Origin: Perna viridis
Taxonomy: Eukaryota
Reading direction: 5' to 3'
NCBI GenBank assembly: GCA_037379345.1
Contig: CM074517.1
Coordinates: 40,537,691-40,601,690, forward strand
DNA: 64,000 bases
The stretch's first letter is position 1; every line of letters starts with the position of its first letter. Shown one piece after another: positions 24,254 to 35,856 of the stretch. The notes under the pieces are model-generated. The model was not told where the DNA came from. It saw nothing but the letters and a program-made list of their open reading frames with translations, and did no database searches. The position numbers were made by a program, and so were the translations under genes.

Positions 24254-27200
24254 GGTATCTGGCGGTTTCCGGTAGCTGTACTTCGGGGTAAGGTAGCCAC
24301 TGCTCCTTACATGACTGTAGTTAGGACGACTTACAGGTGCTGACTTTTGAACAAAAGAATAAATATTGCTTTATTATGTTTCTTTTTACATGGTAAACTT
24401 AAATCTTATGAGACTTATTATGTTTTCTTGTAACAACCATTTATAATTTTTGATCAAATCGTTACTTATGCCTTTACTCCAAAGATTGAAAACCGGAATT
24501 TTCATATGACTATCCACTACAAGTGGAAAGTATGTGTCTACCACGCACATTACTCTTCCCATTCTCTTATCGCTAATGCAGTTTGTTTTGCTTGGATTAT
24601 AACCAACTAATAAAGTAAACTAATAGGTAACAACTGCGCGGAGCTCATAGATAACTGTTTTTGTGGATTGACGTCTTCGTTATCATAGATTATCAAAATA
24701 AGCTTTATATGAAAGAAGAAAGTATCACTATGTCTTTATGAAAGAAAAATGATAATCTTACCGGCACTTCATTGGAATCCTAGCTTAATCAACACTTCTA
24801 AACGACTTTCGATTTTCAGTTACGTAAATCAATCATTCAGTTTGCTTAAAACATATTCAATAGTGTAAAGATCAAACACTTACCATTTTAATAATATGGA
24901 CCTAAATTCTAATCAATTTGTTCATTAATATACGGTCTAGAAGTAAAGAAATAAACATGTTAGAATGGAAGACTCATAAGGATAGGGTATCTAAGATCAC
25001 TGGGTCATATAATATGAAAACAATACCCTAAATTAGTGCCAGAATGAACAAGACGGGTAATACGATATAATTAAAAACAATTAGAGGTAAACATTTACAA
25101 ACTGAGCACATTATTGTCTACACAAGTCGATTGTAGGTTGTGATTTAAAGAACTTTAGGTCTGGTATTCGGTAAAATGTTAATGTGGTCGTAAGGGGTGG
25201 GTTTTAAATCAGTTCCATCTTGATTTAGGGTTTATGGTCCACTGCATGGCCGAATATGTTAAAAAGTCAAATTATCAGAATCAATGGGGGGGGGGGGGGG
25301 GCGGGACGTACACACTCCAAACATAATCTTGTTAAGTCATAGGTAAGGCAGTGTAAAAAACAGCGGACCCCAAAATTTTCAAGGTTGGGGGAGGGGGGAC
25401 TTAGGGTCAAATTTTGTGTTTAAATATGCATCAAATTCAATAATGTTGATAATACAATGCTCAATAACAAATATGCTTATTCGTGTCATTTTTCTGTGAA
25501 CCGTGTTACTTTCTGAGTATTTTCAATGGTTTCACATAAAAAAATATCACAATTAGAAAATTTTGAAAATGCTCTCATTGATTCGTCTCTTGGAGTATGT
25601 GCCCCATTTGACTTCAAATCCTGCCAATATCTCTATTTTCACATCAAATTTCGGACTTACAATCAATTTTAAGAAATTTGATAACAGGTGTTTCTCAATT
25701 CAAAATCCAGTGACAATTCGTGCAATATTTAAACTTTAAAGATGAACAGAAGGAACGCAGCATAATACGACCGCAACATGTTGAACTCCGTTCATTTAGG
25801 GCAAGTGTGGACACAATATGTGTTTGGCACACTTAAGCATATGGTCTTACACTTCAGTATAAACACGACAACTGGTTTGGATACCATAAAGCATAAAATT
25901 TGAATTTAAGGGTTCTAATCAAGAACCTTTGCCTTCGATCCCGTAAGAAATGTAAATCTGCCAAAAGAATGTAAGCAGGAATTTTCATAAGGAATCCAAT
26001 GATCAGACCAAAATAAAAAAAAGTTGGGTGTGGTCCAATTTTGTACCTCTTTAACTCCAAAGCAGTTAAAAATATGTCTACCATGATAAACTTTTAAAAG
26101 AGAATTCCAAAGGAACACATTGACATCTGAATCATCAAAATAAGATTACCAATAAATTTTTTCGAACAATCATAATGAAAACACCTATTTTCAAAAAGGG
26201 ATCGAAACCCTAAAGATACAGAACCAGTACCGTGTCCCTAGGAACATTGCGCAGACGACGACAGGATGATACCAATTAACATCTGCAAATTGTTTTGCAA
26301 TTGTATAAAAAAAAAAATGAATCTGAACTTCTCATTAATATGCACAATCATCGTTTGTAGTTTTAATTTGCTATATTCTTTTTCATGAGATTCAGCTCAG
26401 AAGTTTTAAAGGAAAATAAAAAAGTGAAATTGCACGCATTTTCATGCTACGCATACCGCCACTCGTACAGGAAGCCGATATCCGAGAGTAACAACAATCC
26501 TTAACAATATACGGCCAATTTATATGAAGCCACACACCAAATTTGAAATCAATCCACCCGTAAAGTCAAACAATACAGGAAGTTGATATCAGACGGCACA
26601 CAAAATTTCTGACGACATCTGGGCTAACTATATAAAGCCAAACATCAAATTCAAAATTAATCCTTCCATTGGGAGCCGAGATTTTGTGATAAAAATTTTC
26701 CCTATCATTCCATATAGTGAAAATGGCAAAGTCCAATGAAACAGGAAGTTGATATTAGACATCACACAATTTGTCACTGTATATATATATTACTATTAAG
26801 GTTGAATGGCAACAGGTGTAATTATTATTATGTCTTCCCATCCCCAGATGGGGGAAATTACTTAAGTGTGAATTCTTGTTCTCCTCATATAAAAGATTGT
26901 CCAGGCCATAATATTTTCGTCATATTTTGTATGTAGGTAATATGGAGACATGGTGCCTACAAAAGTTTGTGCCCTTCGACCTTAAGGGCAAATAAATGAT
27001 AGTTTAAGCCTATTACTTGACCGATTTTAACTTCTTTATCTTTTGACACAAGCTTTTCATATTTGGCATGTCAATGGGACATATGAAGATGTGTAGCCTA
27101 TCAAATTTGGTGACCTTTGACCTTGACTATTAACCTCAAGGTTAAATAATTGATTTTTTAAGCCAATTTCTTCTCTGGGTCATAACTTTTTCATCTTTTA

Positions 27201-28281
27201 TAGGCTTTAGTGGTTTGAATGTAGGTAGATCATATGAAGACCATGTGTCCCATACTCAGTGACTTTGACCTTTGACCTCAAGGTAAAGTAATGATTTTAA
27301 CCCAATTTCTCTGGCCCATAACTTTATCATAATTTTACAAAAGCTTTTCATATTTTGTATGTAGGAAGGTCATATTTGGACAATATGTCACATCCCAAAG
27401 TTGGTTGTCTTTAACCTTGACGTTTGACCTCAAGGTTTCATTTTTCCATGCAGCAACTTTTCATTTGCCTCAGGCTTTTAATATCTGGTTTTGGGGTATA
27501 TTATGATGGGTATGTGTGTTGCTTCCCAGTTTTATGAATTTTGACATTGACCTTTTGTGTGAATGTCAATTGATAAAAATTAGATTTTCTGTAATTGGGT
27601 GCATCTATGAAAAATAGAACGAGAGACATAAGATTTAGTGTGCTAAAACAGTTCTTCCTAGTTGATGTATCAAATTCAGTTCTCGAAGTATAACATTCTG
27701 TATTTTTTTCCTAATTGTATTTATCTCAGCTCTTAACAATCTTTAACTTTGTCATTCTCTAACACTTTACATTTAGATTTTTTCTAATCAAGACTCAAAA
27801 TCTGTAATGCCTCACTACAGTGAAATCCAAAGAAATCACAAAGAATCCATAGAGGAGAATATCGTGAGTGCCTTGAAGTTTTGTATTCACATGACACAAG
27901 GCAGACATCTGATGAAGTAAAAAAAAGTGCAAATTATAACAAATAATAAAATTCAAGTTTGCAATTATTTAAATCAGAAGTATGTTTCATATCTATATGA
28001 AATGACCATAAGCTTGTGAAGTCATTGAAAGAATACTTCTTGAACCTACAAAAATTTTGGATAAGACAATATGAATCCCACATCTGTATATTTACACCTC
28101 GATCACAAATGGCTATTACTAACATTGATGAAGAAAAAAACTGAAACAACAAGCTACTAAAAAACAACTTTTACTATTTTTTTCTTATGTTGGCTGGTAT
28201 AAAGTAATAAATGTATTTCATGATTTTGTACTCCTTAGCACATAAGTCTCAGATCAAATTATGAAGAATCATGACTAGTGT

Positions 28282-31200
28282 TTATCGCTTGTTGTTACTA
28301 TGTCCTAATCCACGTGACGGAACTTTGTAGTTTGATGCCGCCTGGTATTGCAGGTTGTAGGCCAATGGATGGATCTTAAATCCATACAATCTAAAAATAA
28401 TAAACAGAAACTTGGTGATAAACAATGCATTTTTAATTACATTTTTTACAGTACTTAAAAATTAATAAAACTGTGAGCAACTGTGAACAAAGGTGACTAG
28501 GTGATACTCCCTGCTCAAATATACAAAAACAATTTATTTACAATATGCTGGAATTTTTTATCAACAACATATTTGTCCAATTATGTGGACGCATATTTCA
28601 ACAAACAGGCGGCATTCTAATGGGAACAAATTGTGCTCCTCTACTTGCTGACCTATTTCTTCAGTCTTGAGAGGCTGACTTTATAGCTGATCCGATCAGA
28701 AAGTAAGATCAATGTTTAGTTAGATCCTTTAACCTCAGTTTCTGCTATATACATGATATAATATTGTTAAACAATCCTAGTTTTGGGGATTTGATTCAAC
28801 GCATCTACCCCAAAGAACTTGAGAAAAAGGATACTACAGACACTTTGAAGTCAGCCTCATATATTGATCTACATTTAGAGATTGATGGTAAAGGAAAACG
28901 ATTGACCAAACTTTACAACAAACGTGATGACTTTTCTTTCAGAATTGTCAACTTTCCTTGCATCTGTAGAAACATCCCTTCTGATCCTGCATATTGAGTT
29001 TTCATATCACAACTCATACATTATGCTACAGCTTGCAGTAACTACACAGATTTCTTGTACCCTGCCAGACTTCTTACAATTTTGCTTCTGGAACAGGGTT
29101 ATGTTACTACAAGATATAAGTCATCACCACAGAAAATTTATGGTCGTCATCATGAACTCATGGATTGTTCAGTGTATCCATGTGCGTCATGAAAACTGAT
29201 CTGTTCAATGTGTCATAGTTTTCCTTTCCTCTTCTGCTTTCCCCGGACTTGACTTTTTATGAGTAACTCGACGAGTGTTTCTACCGGTGCACCTGGTCAA
29301 TGCTCCCAATTTTTAGTGGTCTGAGTTGCTCATTTAATTTTGTTACTTTGTATGATTTTAGTTACTTTATGTTCTTTGTTGTGTGTGTCTGTTTTCCATG
29401 TCTGGTATTTGTCCTTGGATTACATTCTTCTGATTTCCACTAGAACCTTGGTTCCCTTGATTACATTTATTAAACCCTATAAGTCATTCAGATGAAAAAC
29501 AATATAAGAAATGCACAATGGCAGCATTTGTGAAAGTTTCATCTAATCCTATTTGTCAGTTTCAGAGGAGTTGCAGACTTCGGACAGATTAAAAGACAGC
29601 ATGATCATTATATGCCTTCTATTTTGCAGAGGGTGTAATAATAATGCAGTAATGATTATTTGAGGATTTATATTAGCCATAATGAATGTTTGGTTAAAAA
29701 GTTAATCAATATTTAACTTATTTTTTGCTACGATTTTATCAAATTCTTTTAAGAATATAAAATATTTCTACTTTAGTATATAAAGGTTGACTCCTATCCA
29801 ACTAAACTAATTTTGGCACTAATGATTTGGATTGACAAAATAACCTACACAGCCTAATGTGCCACACATGAAAATCATATGGTTTTCAACATGGCAATCA
29901 CATGAAATGAGGGTCATATAAATATCATATGTTTTTTTAGGCCAAAATTGACATATGAGAATCATAATCATATGACTATCATATGTAAATTATCATATGA
30001 TTGTCATATGATTACTTTATGATTATCATATGTGGCACATTTGGCTGTGTATGTCCAAAAATAGTAATTTAACTTGCTTTGCTACTGACAAGCTGAACAA
30101 CAGTTTGACTGATTCATTGGCCTATGGCAGAAATATCATGTATTTCAGGCTGAGAACATCTGATCAATAGAACAGACCCTGCTTTGTACTATAAGCAACC
30201 TACAGGTAGGCCTGTTGCAACCATCAGACACATTATTGACTCCATGCCAACAATTTGTCACTTCATGTAAAGGCTGCATGCTTTATGGAGAAGAAGTGAC
30301 TACTTATTTTTAAGTATTTGGATAGTAATTGAATTCATGACATCATGTGCTCTAGGCAAGAATGCTGTTCTAAAATAGTAACTTCTTACTTTGGTACAAA
30401 CTGATTGGCTGGACGTTTTGGTCTGTATTCTGGATGAACCATAAACAGCATGTGGGGGAACCCAGTTCCGAAATAGGAACCATCTGTATGATGGTGCCGT
30501 GATGATTTTGGAGTATATACATCTTGACATTTTGGACAATACAGTTTTACCATGGCTTCTCCAGGTACATCGGATAAGCCTGTGAAAACAGAGAATAAAT
30601 TCATAGACTGAAACAAACAATTTTAAGACCAACCAAAAAAAAAAAAAAAAAAATTGGGGGGATCTAAAGCCCTCCTCCCTCTCTTCTGTGGGTGCCTCAT
30701 TACTTATTGTTATTATTGTACAAACAAGCAATCAGTAGCCAACTTGTCCCCTGCCACTGAGGGTGCCTCATTACTTATTGTTATTATTGTACAAACAAGC
30801 AATTTGTAGCCAACTTGTCCCCTGCCACCACAAACAAAGTTTGAAGTGCAAAAGTCCCATAACTTCAGTAAAATTTATCAAAATCAAATCGGTGGTGCAA
30901 TATGAATCAACTACATATAGTGACTAACAATATCCTTCAGGTCGTTTCCAAGGAGTTTTGTCCACAAGTGTGACAGGATGGAAGGACAGACACATCTATG
31001 GACAATCATATTTCTACATCCTCTTCCGCATTGTGGCGAAGGACAATGAAATGCACCTTACTAACCATTTATCCTGGCTGTACAACGTAAAAAGCACCTT
31101 CATAAACTTTTGGTGGAATAAAAGGGTAAAAACGAATCTCCCTCCCTCCCTGGTTTTCATTTTAAACAAATGGCCTGAGAATCAAGATGTCAATTTTAAA

Positions 31201-34200
31201 TGACCTCTTGTAAACCTTTTCAAAAAGCTTTTCTTTTTTTAATGAAAACAAAAATGCCTATTTGTTTTCATGGTTCCAGAATTGAACAATTCATCCTTTT
31301 GCTTGTACATTGTATAAATTTTTGCTATTTCAAAAACATATGTTTCAACAATTACCTGTGAACAACTGTGTGTGTCAGACCATTGTACACACTCATATCA
31401 GGACAAAATGCTATAAATTTTATGACAAAATAAAAATCCAGTGTCATATTGAATGTTTCTTGACTAAATTTGGTGTCCTACAAATTTAGTGGATACTATT
31501 GTGGATATTATTAATTCATTACAAGTTTATTTTTGTTTTCTCAAGATTTATAATATCTGATCTTGAGGTATCAGAAATTGAGGGCCCAGGTCCTAGCATC
31601 ACTGCTAATTTGAACTCCTGCAGGAATTTCACAACTAATGATGACTAGCAGAGGCTGATCAAGAGATTATCAAAAGAGGAGCTTCTTTGTCGTGGTTCAG
31701 TGATTTCCTATATAATCAACTCAATTTTTCTGATAAGGATTGGGGCTTGGTACCCCTTGGTTCACCTATGACGATGTATCTGTACAATGTATTGACTTAC
31801 CTATTGGTAACATTGGCACATTCTCACAGTAAACTCTTGGACAGTAACCAAAATCACCTTGTTGCCATTTTTCAATCTGAAAGAAAATTTGTCTTCTCAA
31901 ATAAAAGCCGTGTTGTTGTAATCATTTTTATGTAACCTTTTGTCAACATTCTTTATGATGTAAATGTTTCCAGGATGTCTCATTTGCCAGTGGCAGAATC
32001 AGAAAGAGATTTGATGGGTGGTTTTCAAGTGAAGTTCAACGTTACCTTCAATTTGTCCCATTTGTTTCACCCCCAAATCCATACAAAAGTCGAGTTCCAA
32101 CTGATGCTGTGGTTAGTGTCAGCATGGTGAATGAGAGTCTTTGAGCTCTATGACCACGTAGATGCAAGTTTTGAATATTAAACTTTCACATTTAACAAAA
32201 GAAGACAGAATTTCACTATTAACAACTTCTGCACTGTTTGACAAAGTAATACATGATGCCATCATTAAAATTATCACACAAAGACAGTAAAGCATCCCTT
32301 TTCTAAAAACTTTATGTTTTTTTCCCTTTTCTGTATTTCCAGATATATTTTATAAGTGGCCATGTGCATGGACCATGTGTAATTATCAGTTACTGTGTTT
32401 TTTTTTATAATGACATTATCTGATCAGAATAAGAAGCAGAAACTGCAAAAGCAGTAACTTTGAGGATTTAATATTTGAGTCCAGCATCTCTTTCTCACAA
32501 ATTGCAAGAATACTGACATGTTCTCTTGTGCCCCATACCTAGGATAATCAAAAAATTGAAAATTCATATCTGGGACGGAATGAAATTATTTTCTAGAAGC
32601 AAGGATTTTATAGTAGGTAAAAGTTGGCATTTCTGTTAATCACCAAGTTGCAGTTTACATGCAAAATTATTTCGAATTCAGAAACAGCTACAGACCACAA
32701 AACATGTCTTCAATAGAGCATCATTCTGTTGTTGCTTATTTGAGATAAAAAATATTTTGTGTATAAAAATGGCATCTTTTCAAGAGTTATCATTCTTGAT
32801 TTGGTCTGATTTGTTTGATTTTCAATGGGTGATAAATGAACGATTTTATCAAAAATACAGATCTAATGTTACATAAAATATAGTATAAGTAGGCTGAAAA
32901 AAGGTGCCATTTTTTCTTGTGGCTTTTCTACACCATGAATCACCTCTATCATATTTTATACAGAAAGGTACTTAAAAATAATTTATATCTTTTTTTACAA
33001 TTTTTATTATCAACTCTTAATAATAATATCACTCCAGAGTTACAGCAATCATTACTATTACTTACTACAAGCATTCAACCATTTGAGCAATACCTCTGTT
33101 TAGATATATCTAGTATGGATTAACTTGTACAATATTTCTGACCATTACTCACCATCTGATCGATGCCTCTGTTTGTCATGATATATCTAGCATGGATTAA
33201 CTAGTACAATATTTCTGACCATTACTCACCATCTGAGCGATGCCTCTGTTTGTCATGATATATCTAGCATGGATTAACTAGTACAATATTTCTGACCATT
33301 ACTCACCATCTGAGCGATGCCTCTGTTTGTCATGATATATCTAGCATGGATTAACTAGTACAATATTTCTGACCATTACTCACCATCTGAGCGATGCCTC
33401 TGTTTGTCATGATATATCTAGCATGGATTAACTAGTACAATATATCTGACCATTACTCACCATCTGAGCGATGCCTCTGTTTGTCATGATATATCTAGCA
33501 TGGATTAACTAGTACAATATATCTGACCATTACTCACCATCTGAGCGATGCCTCTGTTTGTCATGATATATCTAGCATGGATTAACTAGTACAATATTTC
33601 TGACCATTACTCACCATCTGAGCGATGCCTCTGTTTGTCATGATATATCTAGCATGGATTAACTAGTACAATATTTCTGACCATTACTCACCATCTGAGC
33701 GATGCCTCTGTTTGTCATGATATATCTAGCATGGATTAACCCGTACAACATTTCTGCAGCTTGTTCTATTAAATCACTTTGATTGGGATTGTCTTCAAGT
33801 TCATCATCTACAGGTGAAAGCAAAATTTTACACATTTACCAACCAGTCTATTAGTTATAAAATTAGCATTAATGACAATACTATGTTATGGTCATATCTC
33901 CAATTTGAACCAAATAATGCTGTTACAAGTAGCTTGCATCTAGCAAATCAAATCTAAGCAAGTTATATCCTACCTGGTTATGTCATTGAGGATTACCAAG
34001 AGTTGATTGGTAGAAAGGTCAGAAAGTTCACCCCTTAATCATTAAAAAATGAAAGTTAATATTAATTTAAGCCGCATTTAAAAATCCGAAATTGATACAC
34101 CTGACCCGGATTTAAATACAAAATTTCTCTAGCCATATTAATTTCTACTTACTTTTGATTGCTGAGTGTGACCAATAGCATAAATGATGTATTTTATAAA

Positions 34201-35417
34201 TGCTACACAAAAAAAGTGCCATTGAAACAGAACATGCATTAAGGAGGTAGACCTAGGGTAAGGAACACAACTCTAAAAAATCATTGGAACGTTTGTATTC
34301 AGCATTTTACATCAATCTCATGTAAGCATCAAAGTAACTTGGACTGATTTCATTCTGTTTCAAACAAACCTTTGAGAGGCTTTGGTGAAATTGAATATAA
34401 TACATACATATCACTGATTTCATGAGTTAAGTCCCTTACCCCAAGTCTAACCCATTAAACAACAGTACTGGATATCTCATTTGAAGTTGTAATTGTAAAA
34501 TCAGACATGGTTTTATGGAGCCAACCAAAAAAGTGGAAATTGCTGAAATTGGACGTAAATATTCGGTGAAAAAACAAACTGTAACGATAAATTCCGAATT
34601 TGAAAAAGCAGAAGAAAATTATGTCTGTTAAGTTGACCATATTATATGAAGATTGTATTGTGATATCATTACTGTTACCATATACATGTATTTTACATAC
34701 AGACAACTTTATGTGAAAGTGACTGCAGGTACTAAGAAGAAAATAAAATGTACTGGATAAGGCTTTAATATATACATGTATATACCTGGTTCAAGATCTA
34801 AAATCATATCAAGAGCTTGTCTGTAGTGTGGAACCTGCTCATTAAGTCCAGTCAGATTGAACTTGTCCTGTATATAATCTTCATCTACCTGTAAAAAGAA
34901 CAAATTGCACAGTTTGAATTAGTATTAAGGAGGTAGACCTAGGGTACGGGACACATCTCTTACAAATCATTGGAACATTTGTATTCAGCATGTTACCCTA
35001 GGTCTACTTCCTTAAATTCAACAAGTTCATTCAGTATGTATGGAAACTAAAAACGAATACAAATTGCAAGTAATTTAGATAGACCTGGCTTTGGCTTGTT
35101 CAAATTATGCACCTTTTAGACCTTACAGGTAAATGTATTTAAAACCATCAGCAGTAAATTAGAATAATTTTGCTTTTAGTAAACTTAGCTGCCATGGCTA
35201 CAAAAATGTTACATGTAGATTGAAATTGAATTTCCAAACCATGGGGAACTGAACGCAAACAGTTCATTAAAATAATTTGCTGTTATAGGTAAAAAATAGT
35301 TATGACGAAAACTATTTGGTTAAAAATTTACTTTCCTTTTCTTACCTCACAGAAAAACTCATTTCCTCTTAGACCACAAAACCATGAAATCCATGACACT
35401 TCTTCGGAGCTACTCAT
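28282..35417 (-). CDS. CSNK2B: Casein kinase II subunit beta (221 aa)
   Basis: Exons 35417-35346 ([24 protein letters not shown]), 34888-34786, 33807-33692, 31876-31801, 30579-30390 and 28390-28282 total 666 nt. Zinc-finger motifs CPRVYC...CPKC and [14 protein letters not shown] are present. Confidence 0.97.
28520..29465 (+). mobile_element. Decayed Penelope-like retroelement: RT C-terminal part plus 3' module, in the last CSNK2B intron
   Basis: Interrupted translation [14 protein letters not shown]...[32 protein letters not shown], followed by a 3' module repeated elsewhere in the window. Confidence 0.8.
29846..30051. mobile_element. Palindromic MITE rich in atcatatg motifs
   Basis: TIR tacacagcctaatgtgccaca / tgtggcacatttggctgtgta. 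Confidence 0.65.
30690..30828. repeat. 71-bp tandem duplication
   Basis: gggtgcctcattacttattg...gtcccctgccac at 30690 and 30761. Confidence 0.9.
33124..33739. repeat. 77-bp minisatellite, 8 copies plus a degenerate copy at about 33050-33123, derived from the CSNK2B coding exon 3 / intron junction
   Basis: Unit ctagtacaatatttctgaccattactcaccatctgagcgatgcctctgtttgtcatgatatatctagcatggattaa starts at 33124, 33201, 33278 and so on to 33663. Confidence 0.97.
34239..34458 (+). mobile_element. TTAA-flanked MITE, copy 1 (Kolobok-like)
   Basis: TTAA + TIR GGAGGTAGACCTAGGGTAAGG ... CCCTTACCC-AGTCTA + TTAA. A TTAA TSD with purine-purine 5' ends fits Kolobok rather than piggyBac. Confidence 0.8.
34925..35015 (+). 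mobile_element. TTAA-flanked MITE, copy 2 (internally deleted)
   Basis: Same TIRs and TTAA flanks; short internal part. Confidence 0.8.
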
Positions 35418-35634
35418 CTTTTACTGAAATTCATAAGATGTTAAAATGCCTTAACAAACATATGAAGTATGTGCAATACATTTAAACCTGTCTAAACTGA
35501 ACACTGGATAAACTGGTAACCTGTTTAAACCAAACAGCTGTCCCTTCAAACCAATTTAAATACTTTTTTTAACCTACATGTATGTAAATCAAACATCTGC
35601 CTTTCCCAAAGAAATCACAGTCAAAAAATTAACC

Positions 35635-35856
35635 TTAAGGAGGCAGACCTAGGATAAGGGGCATAGCTCTTGAAATCAGTGGTATGTTTGTATTATATTC
35701 AATTTCACCAAAGCCTAACAAGCTTTCATTTGAAGCAGAATGAAATCAGTCCAAGTTATTTTGATAACATGACATGACATTGATGTAAAATGCTGAATAC
35801 AAACGTTCCAATGATTTGTAAGAGCTGTGTCCCTTACCCTAGGTCTACCACCTTAA
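35635..35856 (-). mobile_element. TTAA-flanked MITE, copy 3 (inverted relative to copy 1)
   Basis: Same TIRs; internal sequence is the reverse complement of copy 1. Confidence 0.8.

Noticed and set aside
21780-31876. Chimeric splicing from CSNK2B exon 4 into the Mab-21 last exon (phase-compatible; both it and CSNK2B exon 5 begin G-L-S)
   Set aside because: The Mab-21 gene has its own phase-matched upstream exons supplying the N-terminal half of the fold; the three-residue match is probably chance.
33124-33739. CRISPR-like appearance of the 77-bp array (and of the 58-bp array at 49855)
   Set aside because: Units are near-identical with no unique spacers, there are no cas genes, and the context is eukaryotic introns.
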